Below the pieces are notes generated by a model. That model saw nothing but the letters and a program-made list of their open reading frames with translations. It ran no database searches and was not told where the DNA came from. A DNA stretch of 63,709 nt, filler included, from Collodictyon triciliatum (Eukaryota), in assembly GCA_043381765.1 (NCBI GenBank). It is 14 parts of 14 records of this genome, joined end to end, with 100 filler letters (N's around TTAATTAATTAA, not from the genome) between each part and the next. Parts side by side here need not be neighbours in the genome. Positions count along the whole stretch, not along the records: positions 25,920 to 30,137 come from JBHJMP010006369.1; positions 30,238 to 34,453 come from JBHJMP010006370.1; positions 34,554 to 38,768 come from JBHJMP010006371.1; positions 38,869 to 43,082 come from JBHJMP010006372.1; 10 more parts are not named here. One strand, 5' to 3'. Positions 27,330 to 41,800 of the stretch are shown piece by piece. The translations under genes were made by a program, and so were the position numbers. Positions within the stretch are counted from its first letter, which is position 1. Each line of letters opens with the position of its first letter.

Positions 27330-29982
27330 TTAAGCCAGGCTTTCCTCTACATCACCGAGCTTTCTGATGTGAAGATATGCGTCCTTGATGAATAGAAAAA
27401 AAGGCAAAGAGTTAACGGCACGATATTGTATTTCAGTTTACATAATACCAAACTTAGGGCTTCAAGTGCGGTCATGAAATAAGACACAGCAAATCTGGGA
27501 TGCCTAATCCAGAATCTTACGGTTCCAAAGCCCTCCATAGATATTAGTTGCAGGTCACCACCAAAATATCTCGCGTCTATGTAAAGTTAAAATTGCACGT
27601 AAATGGGTTGCCAAAAGTAAGTGCAGAGTATTGCATTTCATGTAGAAAAAAATCAGAAGACAAAGAGATTCAGAAAGCAGTTGAGGAAATGGAGAGTAAT
27701 TTGATAATCACAGAATGGTGTATGTTTGGTAAAGTTTGTGGTGGCAGACATAGACGAGTAATTGGCAGCCCATATCCAAAGCCGGCCAGAGGAGGGATGC
27801 CATCAGTTTGGAATTCAGAGCCTTCTGAGGGGGGTGGGGCGGTAGAATACATGTAAGTCCAAATCATAGGCATGCCGCTACGGGGAATTCCTCCACCTGT
27901 TGTCGTCGATAATGAACAGATGTGTTAGGGAAATCAGATGCTTCCTCCGTATCCATGAAGAATCGTTTACAAAAAGAAGTCAAGTCATCACTTCACGGCA
28001 CCATCATCTCAAATAAAGTTAATGACTATCGGAATTTTAACCTTCGTCAGATATTTTAATCGCAACATCCTCATTCCCCTCTGCAATGACGACCTTAATG
28101 GATGACATGGTGGACATTTTCTTGGCTAAGCTCCTCTCCACACCCTGGATGGGTTTTCATTTGATTTAGGCTTAGGGGGGTACGCGTTTGAATATTTTTT
28201 TTTAACACAAATGGCCAACATGGTTGGCTGAGAGCAGAACTTGATCGATTTATCAAATCATCTGTTTGCTTATTTTTAAAAATAATAATACAAAGAAATA
28301 ACAATTATAATTTAAAAAAAGAAGCAGATTTACCGCACGAAGAGAATTCTTGATCAATTCAAACAACATGTAATACAGGTGCGTGGTGAGATAAGGAAAC
28401 TCCAAATCAGTGTTTCCTTAAAAGTGAGAATTGAGTTATAGATAGCCGTGTGCGTGTGTGAAACTAAAAATAAAAAAAAAATACACAAAATTTCATAACA
28501 TCACACACAATCTGAATTAGATGTCATAGGATACCATGGATAGTAACCTCAGGTGCATCGTCATAATGAGATAAACAAAGTGTGCGAGCATGCTCCGCAG
28601 CTTCCTCCGCCACTTTTGCCGGTTTACATTTTGCTTGAATAATACCAACATACCCAGGTTGCTAGTTATCATTGAAGTGTTTTTGAACAGTGAACATTTG
28701 GGGAATGTGTGAATTTCATAATATATACAAATGTCCAACCGCGGCAGTAAATATTTTGCCGGGGTACAATGAAATATGATTATTGTTTTTTTTTTTTTTT
28801 ATCATTTAAGTGACATGAACACAAACAATAATATTGGAATTAGCCTAATCTATGTGAGTCAGGAGAATTTTACCTGGTCCGTAAGAATAGCTAAATGGTG
28901 GCCTAATAAACAGCGAATCCCCACACGGGACATGAAGAATCTATCTAGGAATTGATGGATGGATGGATCAAGGGCGGAGCCGCTCCTTTTTCGTTCTTTA
29001 TACTCGAGGATTCCACGAGCAATTGTAGGAATAACAAAATCATGGCGGTCCTAATGAAGTGATATTCCCCTTCAAATTCTATTCTTTATTATTTTCAAGT
29101 TTGTACCAATATGGGTCACTCTTTTCTTTCTTTCTTTTTTTCTTTTTTCTTTTTTCTTTTTTCTTTTTACTATTATTATCCATGGATTCCATCATTTTGG
29201 TTTATATTCTTTATCCCTATCTTTATACGAGACAACACTCTATTATCGCAACTGAAACCTTAATTATCCGAATCTGGTTGTTGAAAGCACCGTCTGGCTC
29301 GCAGTCAATAGGAGAAACTTCTTTTGGGAACTTTAGCATGTCTGCAAAGGACTGTACATACCTAGTTCGCAGATTCGTTAGTGAAGAATCGCTTGAAGTT
29401 ATATTCAACAAAAACTTCTTCAACATCCCATCAGTTTTGAAGATATATATATAAAGGAAGAGCGTAAACCGATAGGGACAAAGAATATATCTGGATAATT
29501 AGGGCTGGAAAGGAAGCACTCACCAATCTCTCACAAGCTTGATGGAAGGCATTGTGGAAAGACCATCTGGAAGAGACGAAAGTTCCTGGACTCGATGCGC
29601 AAGTCGTATGGGCAGTTCCTAGGGGATGTTTGCATGTGTTTTTTTTTTCTCTATTCCCTACAATACAGCGTAGAAGAAGCACTGAAGCAAAGGATCTATA
29701 CCGACCCGCCGAATGAGCCGCGAACTGGTCAGTTTCTTTTGAGTCGTTGGGTGAAGTCCAAACTCGTACATCTGCTTTAGTGTCACCTGTCGCCGCGCCA
29801 GAAGCATGAAGGAAAAATGGCTCAGCGAATTGCCAGCGTACATGGAAAAAAAATAAGCGTAATTGGAGCAATAAATAAGTGGGATAATGAGAAAAACGAG
29901 CGGGTAAGTGGAATACCCCTGTTTGCCTTCGCGCAGCGCATATTGCGATCTTCTCGGCCAAAACCTTCGGGAGAGTCTCCAT
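27330..29982 (-). CDS. PDK: Mitochondrial pyruvate dehydrogenase kinase (PDK/BCKDK family), multi-exon
   Basis: [108 protein letters not shown]; stop at 27330-27332. Confidence 0.95.
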
Positions 29983-30763
29983 CAAACCCTAAACGATAGC
30001 TCTTTGATGCAAGACAGCTGCTGTGTTGTATTGTGTTGTGTTGTTTTGTTTTGTTTTGTTTTGTTTTGTTTTGTTTTGTTTTGTTTTGTTTTGTTTTGTT
30101 TTGTTTTGTTTTGTTTTGTTTTGTTTTGTTTTGTTTTNNNNNNNNNNNNNNNNNNNNNNNNNNNNNNNNNNNNNNNNNNNNTTAATTAATTAANNNNNNN
30201 NNNNNNNNNNNNNNNNNNNNNNNNNNNNNNNNNNNNNTTTTTTCTTTTTTTCTTTTTTTCTTTTTTTCTTTTTTTCTTTTTTCTTTTTTTCTTTTTTTCT
30301 TTTTTTCTTTTTTTCTTTTTTTCTTTTTTTCTTTTTCCTTTTTCTATGGGAATTTTGATCATTTCTTCTGCCAAGCAAAGAAAGTCCCACATACCAGCGT
30401 ATCCTGCCATTTCACGAGATGGCCAGTGAGCCGTTGAGGTTAAAAAGTGCGAGTAATTGCCCTGAAATTGGCGTGCGCCCAGCTATTAGGAAAACAAAAC
30501 GAAAAAAAAAAAAGGAAAATCAAAATGAAAATGCGCTATGGTATTGCGCCTACCGGGTAGTGTCAGACAAAGAACCGAAGTTAATCTAGAGAAACTCATG
30601 GACAGTAGTCACGGCGGGCATACCTACGTTATCCCTCTGATGGGAAAAGGAGGAGCAAGAATATTCCAGGAAATGAAATATTCAGTCAGGTTGCTTGTGT
30701 CATCGCAAATTAACATTACAATTTTAGATTGGCTTGGTTTTCCTCGAGAAAAAAAAAGCATTT

Positions 30764-30847
30764 AAACATCTCACGCTTCTTCAAGCTCTTCTCGAACATG
30801 TCAAATAAACTGAAATGAAACCGAAAAAAAAAAACATCTCACGCTTC
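30764..30847 (+). mobile_element. 52-nt poly(A)-tailed retro-insertion of a different 3' end with 16-bp TSD
   Basis: AAACATCTCACGCTTC at 30764-30779 and 30832-30847, preceded by TTT. The insert contains AATAAA and ends in A8+. Confidence 0.8.
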
Positions 30848-31247
30848 AGAAGATAAATTATCATTTCGAAAATAGAGAATAGAGCAGTCGCACGCAATTT
30901 TCCTCTCGCATTTTAGAAAGAAACCACAATGGATGGTTTCTCTTCCAACTCTCACCAAACCTGTGCAAACCGTCCCATGCAATCCTAGCCCGTCAGATGT
31001 TTATTTATTCATAGATTTCTGCATTATGAAAAGTGTCAATCACGTGTGTCAAAAGCTCCTCATTTCCCACTTGCACAATGTTCTGCCTATGGTAGGCTGA
31101 AATGCTTTAGTTTTACTTTGTACATCACCTGTATGTTTTTTATCCTCTTTCAATCCAGATATAAGTATATTGAGTACTTCAAAAGTTATATGAATCCTGC
31201 CCAGCCAGGCGTTGATAAGAATTTAAGAGACTATAGGTAGATGGCGT

Positions 31248-32003
31248 CTACATAAAGAAGCCCGTCATAGTGAGTCGGTCAGGCGGGCGGCCCAACCGAT
31301 TCATTGGCTGCGTGGCTAGCAGGGGTAGAGTATCTGTTTGTTTATTTGTTTTCTTCCTTTCAATTTTGTGCAAGATGGTGGGGATAGTGGGGATATTGGC
31401 AGGGACTGAATATGTGGTGAGATATTTCACGACACACTCGCACATCTCTTGGCTTGCGGTCAGAGTAGCGAAGAATGCGGACATGCCATCCGCTTTTGAC
31501 TGTCAGCGGGTCTGTAATGCCTATAGTTTCGGCCCAATGACTCATCTTCCCCGGTTATTAAGGATTAGGACCGACGATTTTATATCGAAACAGCTTCTGC
31601 ACTTTGAATCGAATAAAGAAAAAAAAATATCAAAATAGCTTGGAATACGCCATGGCCATCGAGAAATGCGGAGAGCCAGGTGTAATGGACCGCCTTTGGT
31701 TCTTCAGGTGAAAGAAAAATGGCGACGGCGCTCCGTATGGGATGGGGCGTCGTGAGCGCCATTCTCCTTTGTTGTTCAGGGCGGCTGTGGTTGAGGTTGC
31801 ATTCGAGGAGTGGAATATCGTTGCATTTTTTGGCGGTGCGAAGCTCCCATCCTTTTGAAAAGCGACTTGTTGCAGGATGAAGGAGCTGTTTCCTTCTCTC
31901 GACTTGATGGTACAGAGGCCTTTTGCTCTATCCCAGCAAAGTTGGCCTGTACCCGCATGTAGTTGGGTGGACTCGCACATTTCACCGTTTTCATACAGAA
32001 TCT
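31248..32003 (-). mobile_element. Decayed LINE ORF2 fragments, interrupted by a + strand 3'-end fragment (about 31486-31628)
   Basis: 31870-32003 is near-identical to 60473-60600, 31250-31484 matches 4730-4870, and GAATCGAATAAAG(A)n lies at 31600-31628. Confidence 0.8.
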
Positions 32004-32140
32004 TTGACTGCGCTTACTAATGAATTACTCGCCTGGTGGTTGAGTGAAAGATTGTTGAGACAGGCTCAAAAGCTAAGATTTTTAGAAGAAAAAAAAATTC
32101 TTCCACCTTGTTTGGCAGACCCAGAAGATTGATGCAAAAG

Positions 32141-32211
32141 TGTCCGTACCGGGAATCGAACCCGGGTCGCAAGAATGGGAATCTTGCATGATGCCACTAC
32201 ACTACACGGAC
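32141..32211 (-). tRNA. tRNA-Gly (CCC)
   Basis: GTCCGTG acceptor stem pairs with TACGGAC-A. Anticodon arm CAAGA-TTCCCAT-TCTTG, T-arm CCGGG-TTCGATT-CCCGG, followed by a TTTT terminator. Confidence 0.95.
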
Positions 32212-32579
32212 TTCCTTACTCATGAGGAACAGTATCTGTATTCGAATATATAATATCTGTTTTTTAATATACAATATCTAAATTTCAATTTCTAATTCAT
32301 AATATGGAATATGGAATATATATATTAACTTTTTTTGCTTAGGTGAGTTGTGGAATATCTGTTAATCTGTAACTTTTGCAACTTTTATGACTGGTGTGAC
32401 TTCCATACCTTCTATGTTTAATATATGATTAATCTACATTATTGGATATCTATTTAAGTTTTACGACGAACACAAAATAATTTTCTGGTCTAATTCAATA
32501 ATTGATGGACTGAGCAAGGTTTTAATGGTAACAATCAGTCCCGTGCAGGGTCGAACTTGCATCGGGAAGCAGAGCCGCC

Positions 32580-34453
32580 CGACCAAATATTTGAGACTGG
32601 CAACCAAGATATCATAGTGCAATTTACAATGAGCTTTTCAAGGACGAAGACTGCTGTGTCCGCCCTCGGGGCCAGCCATGGCCGGTTCTTTCTTTCGCAA
32701 ACTGTAGAAGTATGAGTAAGCAACAGCAGGCTGCAATGGAAGCTTGAAAGTGTTACGAAAAGGATCTGACACCTATGATGGGAAACCCTACCCTTGTACT
32801 CAGAAACGCCTTCCCAAGAAAAGAAAACGCAGCTGCCTTCACTAAAGAGGGGTCTTTCCATCTCCTCAACCACCAATGCATCCCCATTCCAGCAAAAACT
32901 GTCACAAAGGTTGCCCACCTATCTAACATACCACTGGGGTCATTTGGACTGATATTTTTAAAGCTTGCAGTGAATACTTCACCCCAATCAAAGTCAACTG
33001 GACAAAGGCCTGGAGGATTATGCATGAATGATGCACTCGTTACTTATGACAAAGAACAGGAAGAAATGGGAGTCGCTGTCGTGTGGAGATACGCCCTCTC
33101 AAAGGGTCCAACACCCCATCAACACTACCCAACAAACACCCGCGGATGAAGTGCTCGGTGTCTCAATGAAGACGAAGGTTTATGAACGGCCCAAAATCAA
33201 GAAATGGATATCGAAATAATGGACGAATCACCAGGCGCATTGTCTGAAAGTGCTTCATCAAGTTTGCCAATGAACACAGAGAAAGCAGTAGAAATGGTGG
33301 AATGGCTCCAAGGAAGTGGAGGAAACATCGCATGCCTCCAAGATTACCAACCTCCCCAAGCCGATGGTATCTCACCAAGCTCACCTTCAAACCATGGAGA
33401 GGACGCCGAGGAAAGGAAAATCCAAGCCAACTCGGCAACAGAATCGGGAAACAGCATAATGGCACCCAGCAAACCACACCCATCAGTCACCTTAGATGGC
33501 ATGGCTCCTGGGACCACCCAAGAGACCTTTTCTTCAGCAAACACTGCGCAATCCATAACAAACAACGTCCCAGACTCGGGATTGGAAGAACAATTTATCC
33601 AACCCGTCGTCATCATAGAAGGTTCTGCTGAAGAAGAAAGTGAGCACTTTGAAGGTTCAGGAACAACAAATTACTCCTCAAGTACTGTTTGTGAAAACAG
33701 ACCTACTGTCGAAATTATTGCGACTCTTCAGCGAGAAACACCTTCCAAAAAAAAAAAAGAAAAAACGTAGACGAATATAAAACACCGGTTATTCATCCTG
33801 CAATCACTGGCGCGCCAAAAAAAAATCGAAGCAGTCGAAGATGAAGCCTCGCCCGAGGAAAAGAGAATGAATCAGTCAATTACACCACCGAATATAGCGA
33901 GCCAGAAAGCAAGCCAGAATCAAAGCGGAAACATGGGTTGGCCCTTCCTACCGCGTGGATGAGGGAGAAAAAATTGGAACCGAGGGTTGCTAGTGGCCAA
34001 CAGAGTGCATCTCCCAACACGCCAGCTGCAAAGGGGGTGCAACCAAAAAGCCCAAGACCATCCGACAAATCCGGGCCGAACCGCGAGCAATAATAACACT
34101 GGCCAAATGAAGGACACCCCGAGTAAACCATCCCACTCTGAGCAACCCAGCTCCAGCGGAGAGGGCCAATCACCGGAGGCTATGGCCTCCAAAAGCCAAT
34201 AGATTATTCACGCGTTTTAACGTTCTGTCGTGGACTGCTCCCAACCGTCTCAGCGCGTCTGACATCCTGTTTGGCCCACAATACCAAATGACCCACGACT
34301 CTAGAATACTCTGGACAGTCACAAGGGGACATATGCTGTGGTCCCTATGGAGTGTGCGTGCATTCTCTCGCTCCAATGATTCACCTGAACGAGAAATCAA
34401 TGTAGCCAGGCTTGAGAGCCTCGTGCAATACAGCTTCCTGAACAGTCTGCTGA
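32580..34453 (+). mobile_element. Decayed, internally deleted LINE: ORF1-like region followed by ORF2 C-terminus
   Basis: ORF1-like VTKVAHLSNIPL with stops and frameshifts, then a low-complexity region, then ILFGPQ..ILWTVTRGHMLWSLWSVRAFSRSNDSPERE (L1/Tx1-type C-terminus) shared with 4880-4970. Confidence 0.6.
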
Positions 34454-34553
34454 NNNNNNNNNNNNNNNNNNNNNNNNNNNNNNNNNNNNNNNNNNNNTTA
34501 ATTAATTAANNNNNNNNNNNNNNNNNNNNNNNNNNNNNNNNNNNNNNNNNNNN

Positions 34554-34629
<76 letters not shown>

Positions 34630-34775
34630 AAAAAAAAAAAAAAAAAAACAAAAACTGATATCGACATATACTTAATATTAAGTATATATTGATATAAAAA
34701 TAACCCAACCATAAATGAATAAATTTTATAATAAATGTCGTTTCCTCGAACAGCAACCAGATGTTAACAATAATA

Positions 34776-35940
34776 TGGTTGCGGATGATGTCGACGTCGA
34801 AAATGGGGGAATTTCAGGTGCTAGTGCAAATAGGGAAGTTGTAAGCATAAGAATGTCGCCAAGCTCACAGCAATTGCCAGGACCTGTTTTGGATAATGGT
34901 GATAATGAGGATGAATCCGTTCAAAAAGAGATGAAGAAACCTGTTTTAAGCATTAGAAGTTTTGCCAAGTCCGGGTTGTGCTCTATCAGGGTTATTATCG
35001 TGTTTATCTTCATCTCTGGACTTCTCTTGACAGGAATCGTTTCATGGTAAAAAATAATATTTTATATTGCTCAATTTTTAACAAAGAGCTGGGTCAAATT
35101 GGGTTATTTCGTATGTATCCATCCTTCCGTTCAATTTTCCCCTCTAACCTATGATTAAAACAAGGTTTCTGACATATGACAGCTCCCAGAAGAGCATTTC
35201 AATAATCTCAAAAAGTCTACAGTCCGAAGTTTTTCTTTAAATTTATAGTGCCATATAAAAAATTCAATATTCTTTATTGTAGAGAATAATCAAATTGAAC
35301 TAAATCCATAGATTGAATCAAACATCGCAAACCAAATAAATCAGAAAATTAACAACGCGTATGAAATTGTACTGTCGCACAAGATACTTATGAAAAGGGG
35401 TATAATTGACCCTCGAAGCGAAATTGTGAGTTGCATATCCTTTCTTTAGCAGCTTATAGCTAATATATAATCTCCTCAAATATCTTCAATAAATTAATAG
35501 GGATTCAATACTATGATGGAGAAGTTTTTCGTGGTTACACTCACCTCAAAGTTTGTCACCTCTGTGGGATTTCAGAGCCAAGATATCACTTTGATTATTA
35601 GGCTGCCTCTTCAACTGCTTCACCTTCCTCTGTTGTCTTGTATCTTAACTTCGTCCTTTAAATGAACAACAGGGATGTAACAAGTTGCTGGTGGACATCA
35701 ACAAGAGGAGAGTTGATCGGCCATCTAAGGAATCCTGAAGTACGTCTTATGTGATTTCCAAAATACTTCATGGAACAAGTTATTGAATTTTTTTTTTGAT
35801 AACAATTTGCAGAGCGGATCCATAAGTAACATCGTTTTTCTCTAGGGGTCTAAATTGGGGATGTGGATCGCCCATAATCGTACTACAATAGAATATGAGG
35901 TAAATGAGAACAGAGACATTGTAGGAACGAATTGGATAGA
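34776..35940 (+). CDS. Membrane sensor protein N-terminus (TM helix + extracellular Cache-like region), partial
   Basis: SIRVIIVFIFISGLLLTGIVSW|FLTYDSSQKSISIISKSLQSE|IESNIANQI.. is typical of receptor cyclase/histidine-kinase N-termini. The output domain is not visible. Confidence 0.5.
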
Positions 35941-38868
35941 TAATAATATGGATAGCACAACAGGTTTAACTTAGATTCATACCATTTTTTAAATCTCAAC
36001 ACATTAATTCCGGATATCCTAAACGTTTTTGGACTACAAAAACAAAAAAAANNNNNNNNNNNNNNNNNNNNNNNNNNNNNNNNNNNNNNNNNNNNNNNNN
36101 NNNNNNNNNNNNNNNNNNNNNNNNNNNNNNNNNNNNNNNNNNNNNNNNNNNNNNNNNNNNNNNNNNNNNNNNNNNNNNNNNNNNNNNNNNNNNNNNNNNN
36201 NNNNNNNNNNNNNNNNNNNNNNNNNNNNNNNNNNNNNNNNNNNNNNNNNNNNNNNNNNNNNNNNNNNNNNNNNNNNNNNNNNNNNNNNNNNNNNNNNNNN
36301 NNNNNNNNNNNNNNNNNNNNNNNNNNNNNNNNNNNNNNNNNNNNNNNNNNNNNNNNNNNNNNNNNNNNNNNNNNNNNNNNNNNNNNNNNNNNNNNNNNNN
36401 NNNNNNNNNNNNNNNNNNNNNNNNNNNNNNNNNNNNNNNNNNNNNNNNNNNNNNNNNNNNNNNNNNNNNNNNNNNNNNNNNNNNNNNNNNNTCGTCGCAT
36501 GTGCTCGCCTTTCATGACGCTTTGCTTCCCTCTGTAGAGACCGATATCTTCAACACACTCGATCAGGGAGCAGAGAAATGTCCCCGTCGTCTGCGCGCAT
36601 GAGAGTAGGATCCGTTCCTAAAATCTTGAAACATGAAATCCAAGATAAAACTCTTTGAATATGCACAGTATTATTAACCCAGAATAACATCGCACACACA
36701 AAGGCCTCTGGCGGACGAATTCCTCAGCCACCTTCTCCAGAGCATGAAAACCATTTTCTCCCTCCTTTGAAACTCCCCGAGACTCAGTGTGTTTTACTCT
36801 TCTATACCATAGTAGTGACGTTCAAATACTTGATCGCACACCAAAGATGTCTTTTTTTTTTTGAGTAATCAAACCTATCATAACTAGAAGTCCCAAGGGC
36901 TCCTTCAACTCAAACTCAATCAACTCGCCGACTGCCAAAGCAGGTTTCTGTCAGCTGGGCTATTGGCCATCCTACTTATTCATATCATAAACATGCAAAA
37001 TATACGTTTTAAAACAGCAGGATATTTATTCATGTCGCTGTTTAAAGACTCTTCTGCCATACTGAACAAAGATGTGTCGAACAATAGCGTATGATCATGC
37101 CAATAGGCTGGCGAGCCCTATTCACGTGTCTTATCGTCCCCGCGGACTCCCTGCAACAATACACGGCGTCAACCCTGGCTATCACACATTCACTTATCAG
37201 GTAAGAGCCGCGCTTGTTTATATTTAATGGATATATCGATCTCTCTGGCTTATTATTATTATTATTATTAACCAAAATTTAAAATTGAATACCTGCTCTA
37301 TCATGTTTTTAAAATATGCGCAGGGGCGTGCATTCCTGGAGGATACCAGCCAGTAGATACGATAACTGGTGTATGAGGCAGGGTGGGGGCTGCCTTGTTT
37401 CATTTCACCCGCATATAGTGGTAGCCTTTCTCACAGTTGCAAATCTACTATCACACCCTCAACTTCCATTTTCTCTTTTTTTCTTGAACATTAAGATTCG
37501 CTACTTATTCTCCTTCTCTATGTTTGAACCTACCACCGTCTGTCTATGTGTCTGTCATGTAAACCATCACACACCTCTCATCTTATCAGTGATGAGGAAG
37601 GTATTGTCCTGTATGGTTGTTGGTTGTATGGTTGTTGGTTGTCTTGTTGTCCATTATCTTTTTCTTGCTGTCCGCAATCCGTTCCTTTCATCTCCACCAT
37701 CCCCTGGCAAAGATTCTCGCAAAAAAAGTGAGAAATGCTGTGCCGAGGAGTGGCTGCTGCTGCTGCTGCAAAAAAAAAAAAGGCTGTTAAATGAGAGCGA
37801 GGGGATACGAGATACATCAGAGTTGTTCTTATCGATAGTATTGGTGCAGCTTTATCAATGACACGTTTTTTCACCCTTTTTTTTCTTTTGCTTCTTTCCA
37901 CTGGAATGATGTATGCCCCTTTATCTCACTCACTACCTTTCATACCCTTGGTCTTTTGTTCTTTTCTTTTTCTTAAAAAACTCATCTGCCAGGCATCAGC
38001 CTTACAAACTTCTCAGCTTGTTGACGGTGTTGTCTTCAATGTCCGCCCTTCATAAAGCTAACCCCAACTGTAAAACTCGCGACATACTCTCTGCTTCCGC
38101 CGTAACGTCCGGTCAGAAGCCTACGTCCAGGTCTCACTTTTCTTTGTCGCAAAGACACACCATTCTGATATACCTATATCAGCAGTGGTTCTATAATAAT
38201 AGCAATGGAAGGTTTCTTTGATTACATATTTTATCGACAAAAAATGGGTTGATGAGTTGCTCCAAAAACACACATGCACACACACACACTTCGCACGCTG
38301 ACTTTTCTCCCACGGGCTTGGAGATATTGGCTTTGGTCTGGCAACTTGATGCATTGTGCTTCTGATTTTGCCCCTTCACCCCATCCCTCGTATTTGCCGC
38401 GCCAAAACATTACCCAAGGATTCCAATTATCCTTGAACGATAAATTCCAGAAACGTCTCCTCCTACAAAGCTATAATCCAAACCCAACGCACTGTCCCAG
38501 CAGGCCGCCCGGCAAACCTTGACGTGCCAGGCGCCATCTTGGTCGTGCCATCCTGTCCTCTGAATGCCCCTCACACCCGCTCTCTTCGCTTCACTAACCA
38601 GACAACCAACACAATTTCCTCAAGCCAAACACATTCAGATTAATAGACTACGCCAAAACCTGCCAGTCATCCTTTCGATCACTGAGAACCCCCAAAAAAC
38701 AAAAAAACAAAAAAACAAAAAAACAAAAAAACAAAAAAACAAAAAAACAAAAAAACAAAAAAACAAAANNNNNNNNNNNNNNNNNNNNNNNNNNNNNNNN
38801 NNNNNNNNNNNNTTAATTAATTAANNNNNNNNNNNNNNNNNNNNNNNNNNNNNNNNNNNNNNNNNNNN

Positions 38869-41800
38869 ATCGATGCATTCAACCAGTTGCTCAATTCAGA
38901 GCAAAACAAGCACGTCCACCGCCTTGAATGGCTTCCCAAAAAGACACCAAAGAACATCTCCATCGTCGCATCAACCATCGACACCCACGAATCCTGCAAT
39001 GTTTGTTAATTTTTTCGAGGATATAATACATTTGGATTAACCGAATCGCTTCTGAATAGGTTGCCAAGTCAGCAGGGCTAGATGTCATTCCTGTGTCGAA
39101 GCTTGATGATGTTGGAATCAGACACGCAGCCATCTCGTTCTTTAAGCGCTACAACAAGACCTTGAACGAGAAACAGATGGAGATGATACTGAGTGACCGT
39201 GGCGATACTGGTGATTATAGCTAATAATTCGAATATTCTTATAATATTTTTAGTATAAATATGTTTTCAATTGATGTATGCGAGAACAGGTCATCCACTA
39301 TACCTGCGCATTGTGCTGGATGAGCTTCGTGTATTTGGAGTGTACGAAAGAGTAGACACCGAGCTTCATGAAATGCTGGAGACAAAGGGAGTTGTCGATT
39401 TGTTCGACCTTGTGATGACTCGCTGGGAAAAGAAATACGGTTTTGTGATTCATCTAAAGTTTTTTTTAACATGATTATATTGACTGTATAGTTTACTATA
39501 GGAAACATCTCCAGTCTATTCATCAGTGTCCTTTATGTGTCACGCATCGGTCTTGATGAAAACGAGCTGGACAAATACATGGAGCATCGACTTAACTTAA
39601 TTCCTATGCAAATGAAACGGATGCGAGATAACTATGCAATCTGGTATATCGATTCCTGTCATATAATTTGTATGCATCACTTTTGATAAATTATATATTT
39701 TTATTTTAGGAAATCATTTCTTTTTGTCTTGCTGGATTCGCTCTTTGTGAGGAACGGGAGGTGATACAGTAATTCATATGTTTCTTAATGGTCGTAATTG
39801 CTAATCACAATATCTTATCTTAGATACGCGTTCTCTCACCAGCTGCTGACACAATCCATCAAAGAGAGATACTTTACGGATGAGGCATACGAAAAAAGGG
39901 AAGCACGTGAATATGGATTGTGGCTGCTGGGTGAATACGGCTCTGACGCTGAAGACAAGAGTGTTGTTGCCGAAATATGCCACAATCTGAGGATTTCGAG
40001 CGAATATGATAAACTAGTGGACTTTATGAAGAATGAAAAGGTTAAATGGATTTTATTTTTATTTTATTTTTTTTACTGCGACATGTGGTGTAATATAGTC
40101 TTTAGGTTGTTGTGAGCATGCTGAATGGCAACTATCGCTTCGAGTTTTATGAATGCTGGAGAGAGCTGAATGAGAACGGATATGACCACAAAGCTGTCTA
40201 TTGTGAGTTGGCCAAGGTGATAAAACTCAATTACATGTATCAACATTGAATTTATTTTAATGTATATGTACACCAGCAACTGAATCCTGCTGGCTCTGCG
40301 CTGGTTGAATATTTTCGACAAATTCAAGAGAATGCCTTTTTGATTCCGATTCTTGAGCACCGCATTTCTGTTGAGACGGATGAGGGTTTGGTCATTTGAT
40401 TTGGATTTTATGGGTGTGTTGCTAATTTTGGTTCATTTGTATTAGGTTCGAACAGCAAAAATATGAATTTTCTGGGAATCGTTTACAATAACCTCGGAAA
40501 GTATATTTTATTTTATTATGTGTTATGTTTATATTCATCATTTAATTGGCTTATTATTTAATAGACATGATAAAGCTCTGGAGTACTACCATAAGTCCCT
40601 TGAAATTCAACTGAAGGCGTATGGAGAATTACATCCTGATGTCGCCGCTTCATACAATAATATTGGGCTGGTTTACAATAACCTTGGAAAGTATATTTTA
40701 TTTTATTATGTGTTATGTTTATCCCTTCATTAACTTATTATTTAATAGACATGACAAAGCACTGGAGTACTATCACAAATCACTTGAGATTAAGCTGAAG
40801 GTGTATGGAGAAGTCCACCCTGATGTTGCCAATACATATAACAATATTGGAGCCGTATACTATGGCCTTGGGAAGTATGTTCTATTTGATTATATGTGCT
40901 TATATTCATTCTTTCATTAATTATTATTTAATAGAAATGACAAAGCACTGGATTACTACCACAAATCTCTGGAAACTCGACTGAAAGTATATGGAGAAAT
41001 CCACCCAAATGTTGCCACTTCATATAATAATATTGGGATGGTTTACAATAACCTTGGAAAGTATATTTTATTCGATTATGTGTATTAATCTTCATCATTT
41101 AATTGACTTATTATTTAATAGGAATGACAAAGCCCTGGAATACTACCACAAATCAGTGGAAATTCTACTGAAAGTGTTTGGAGAAATCCACCCTGACGTT
41201 GCCAATACATATGGGAATATTGGACTGGTTCACTATAACCTTGGAAAGTATCTTTTATTCGACTATGTATATGTGTTTATCATTTCATTACCTTATTATT
41301 TAATAGGAATGAAAAAGCCCTGGATTACCACCACAAGTCTCTTGAAATCCGACTGAAAGTGTTTGGAGAAATCCACCCTGATGTTGCCACTTCATATAAC
41401 AATATTGGAGCCGTTTACATGAACCTTGGAAAGTATCTTTTATTTGACTATGTTTATATTCATCCTTTCATTTACTTATTATATGACAGGCATGACAAAG
41501 CTCTGGAGTACTACCACAAGTCTCTTGAAATCCGACTGAAAGTATATGGAATGAATCATTCTAATGTCGCCGCTTCATATAATAATATTGGAGAAATTTT
41601 TCGTCAACTTGGAAAGTATATTTTATTTATTTATGTATATATTTTTATCCTTTCATTAACTTATCATTTAATAGAAATGACAAAGCACTGGAGTACCACC
41701 ACAAATCATTTGAAATCCGACTGAAAGTGTTTGGAGAAGTCCACCCTGATGTCGCCGCTTCATATAATAATATTGGGATAGTTTACAAGAACCTTGGAAA

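Noticed and set aside
32538-32590. tRNA/SINE-like A and B boxes on the minus strand (TGGTCGGGCGG..GTTCGACCC)
   Set aside because: Spacing is too short and no cloverleaf can be folded.
36492-38700. Possible exons (minus 36500-36980; signal-peptide-like start at 37858)
   Set aside because: Could not assemble a consistent reading frame or recognise a family.
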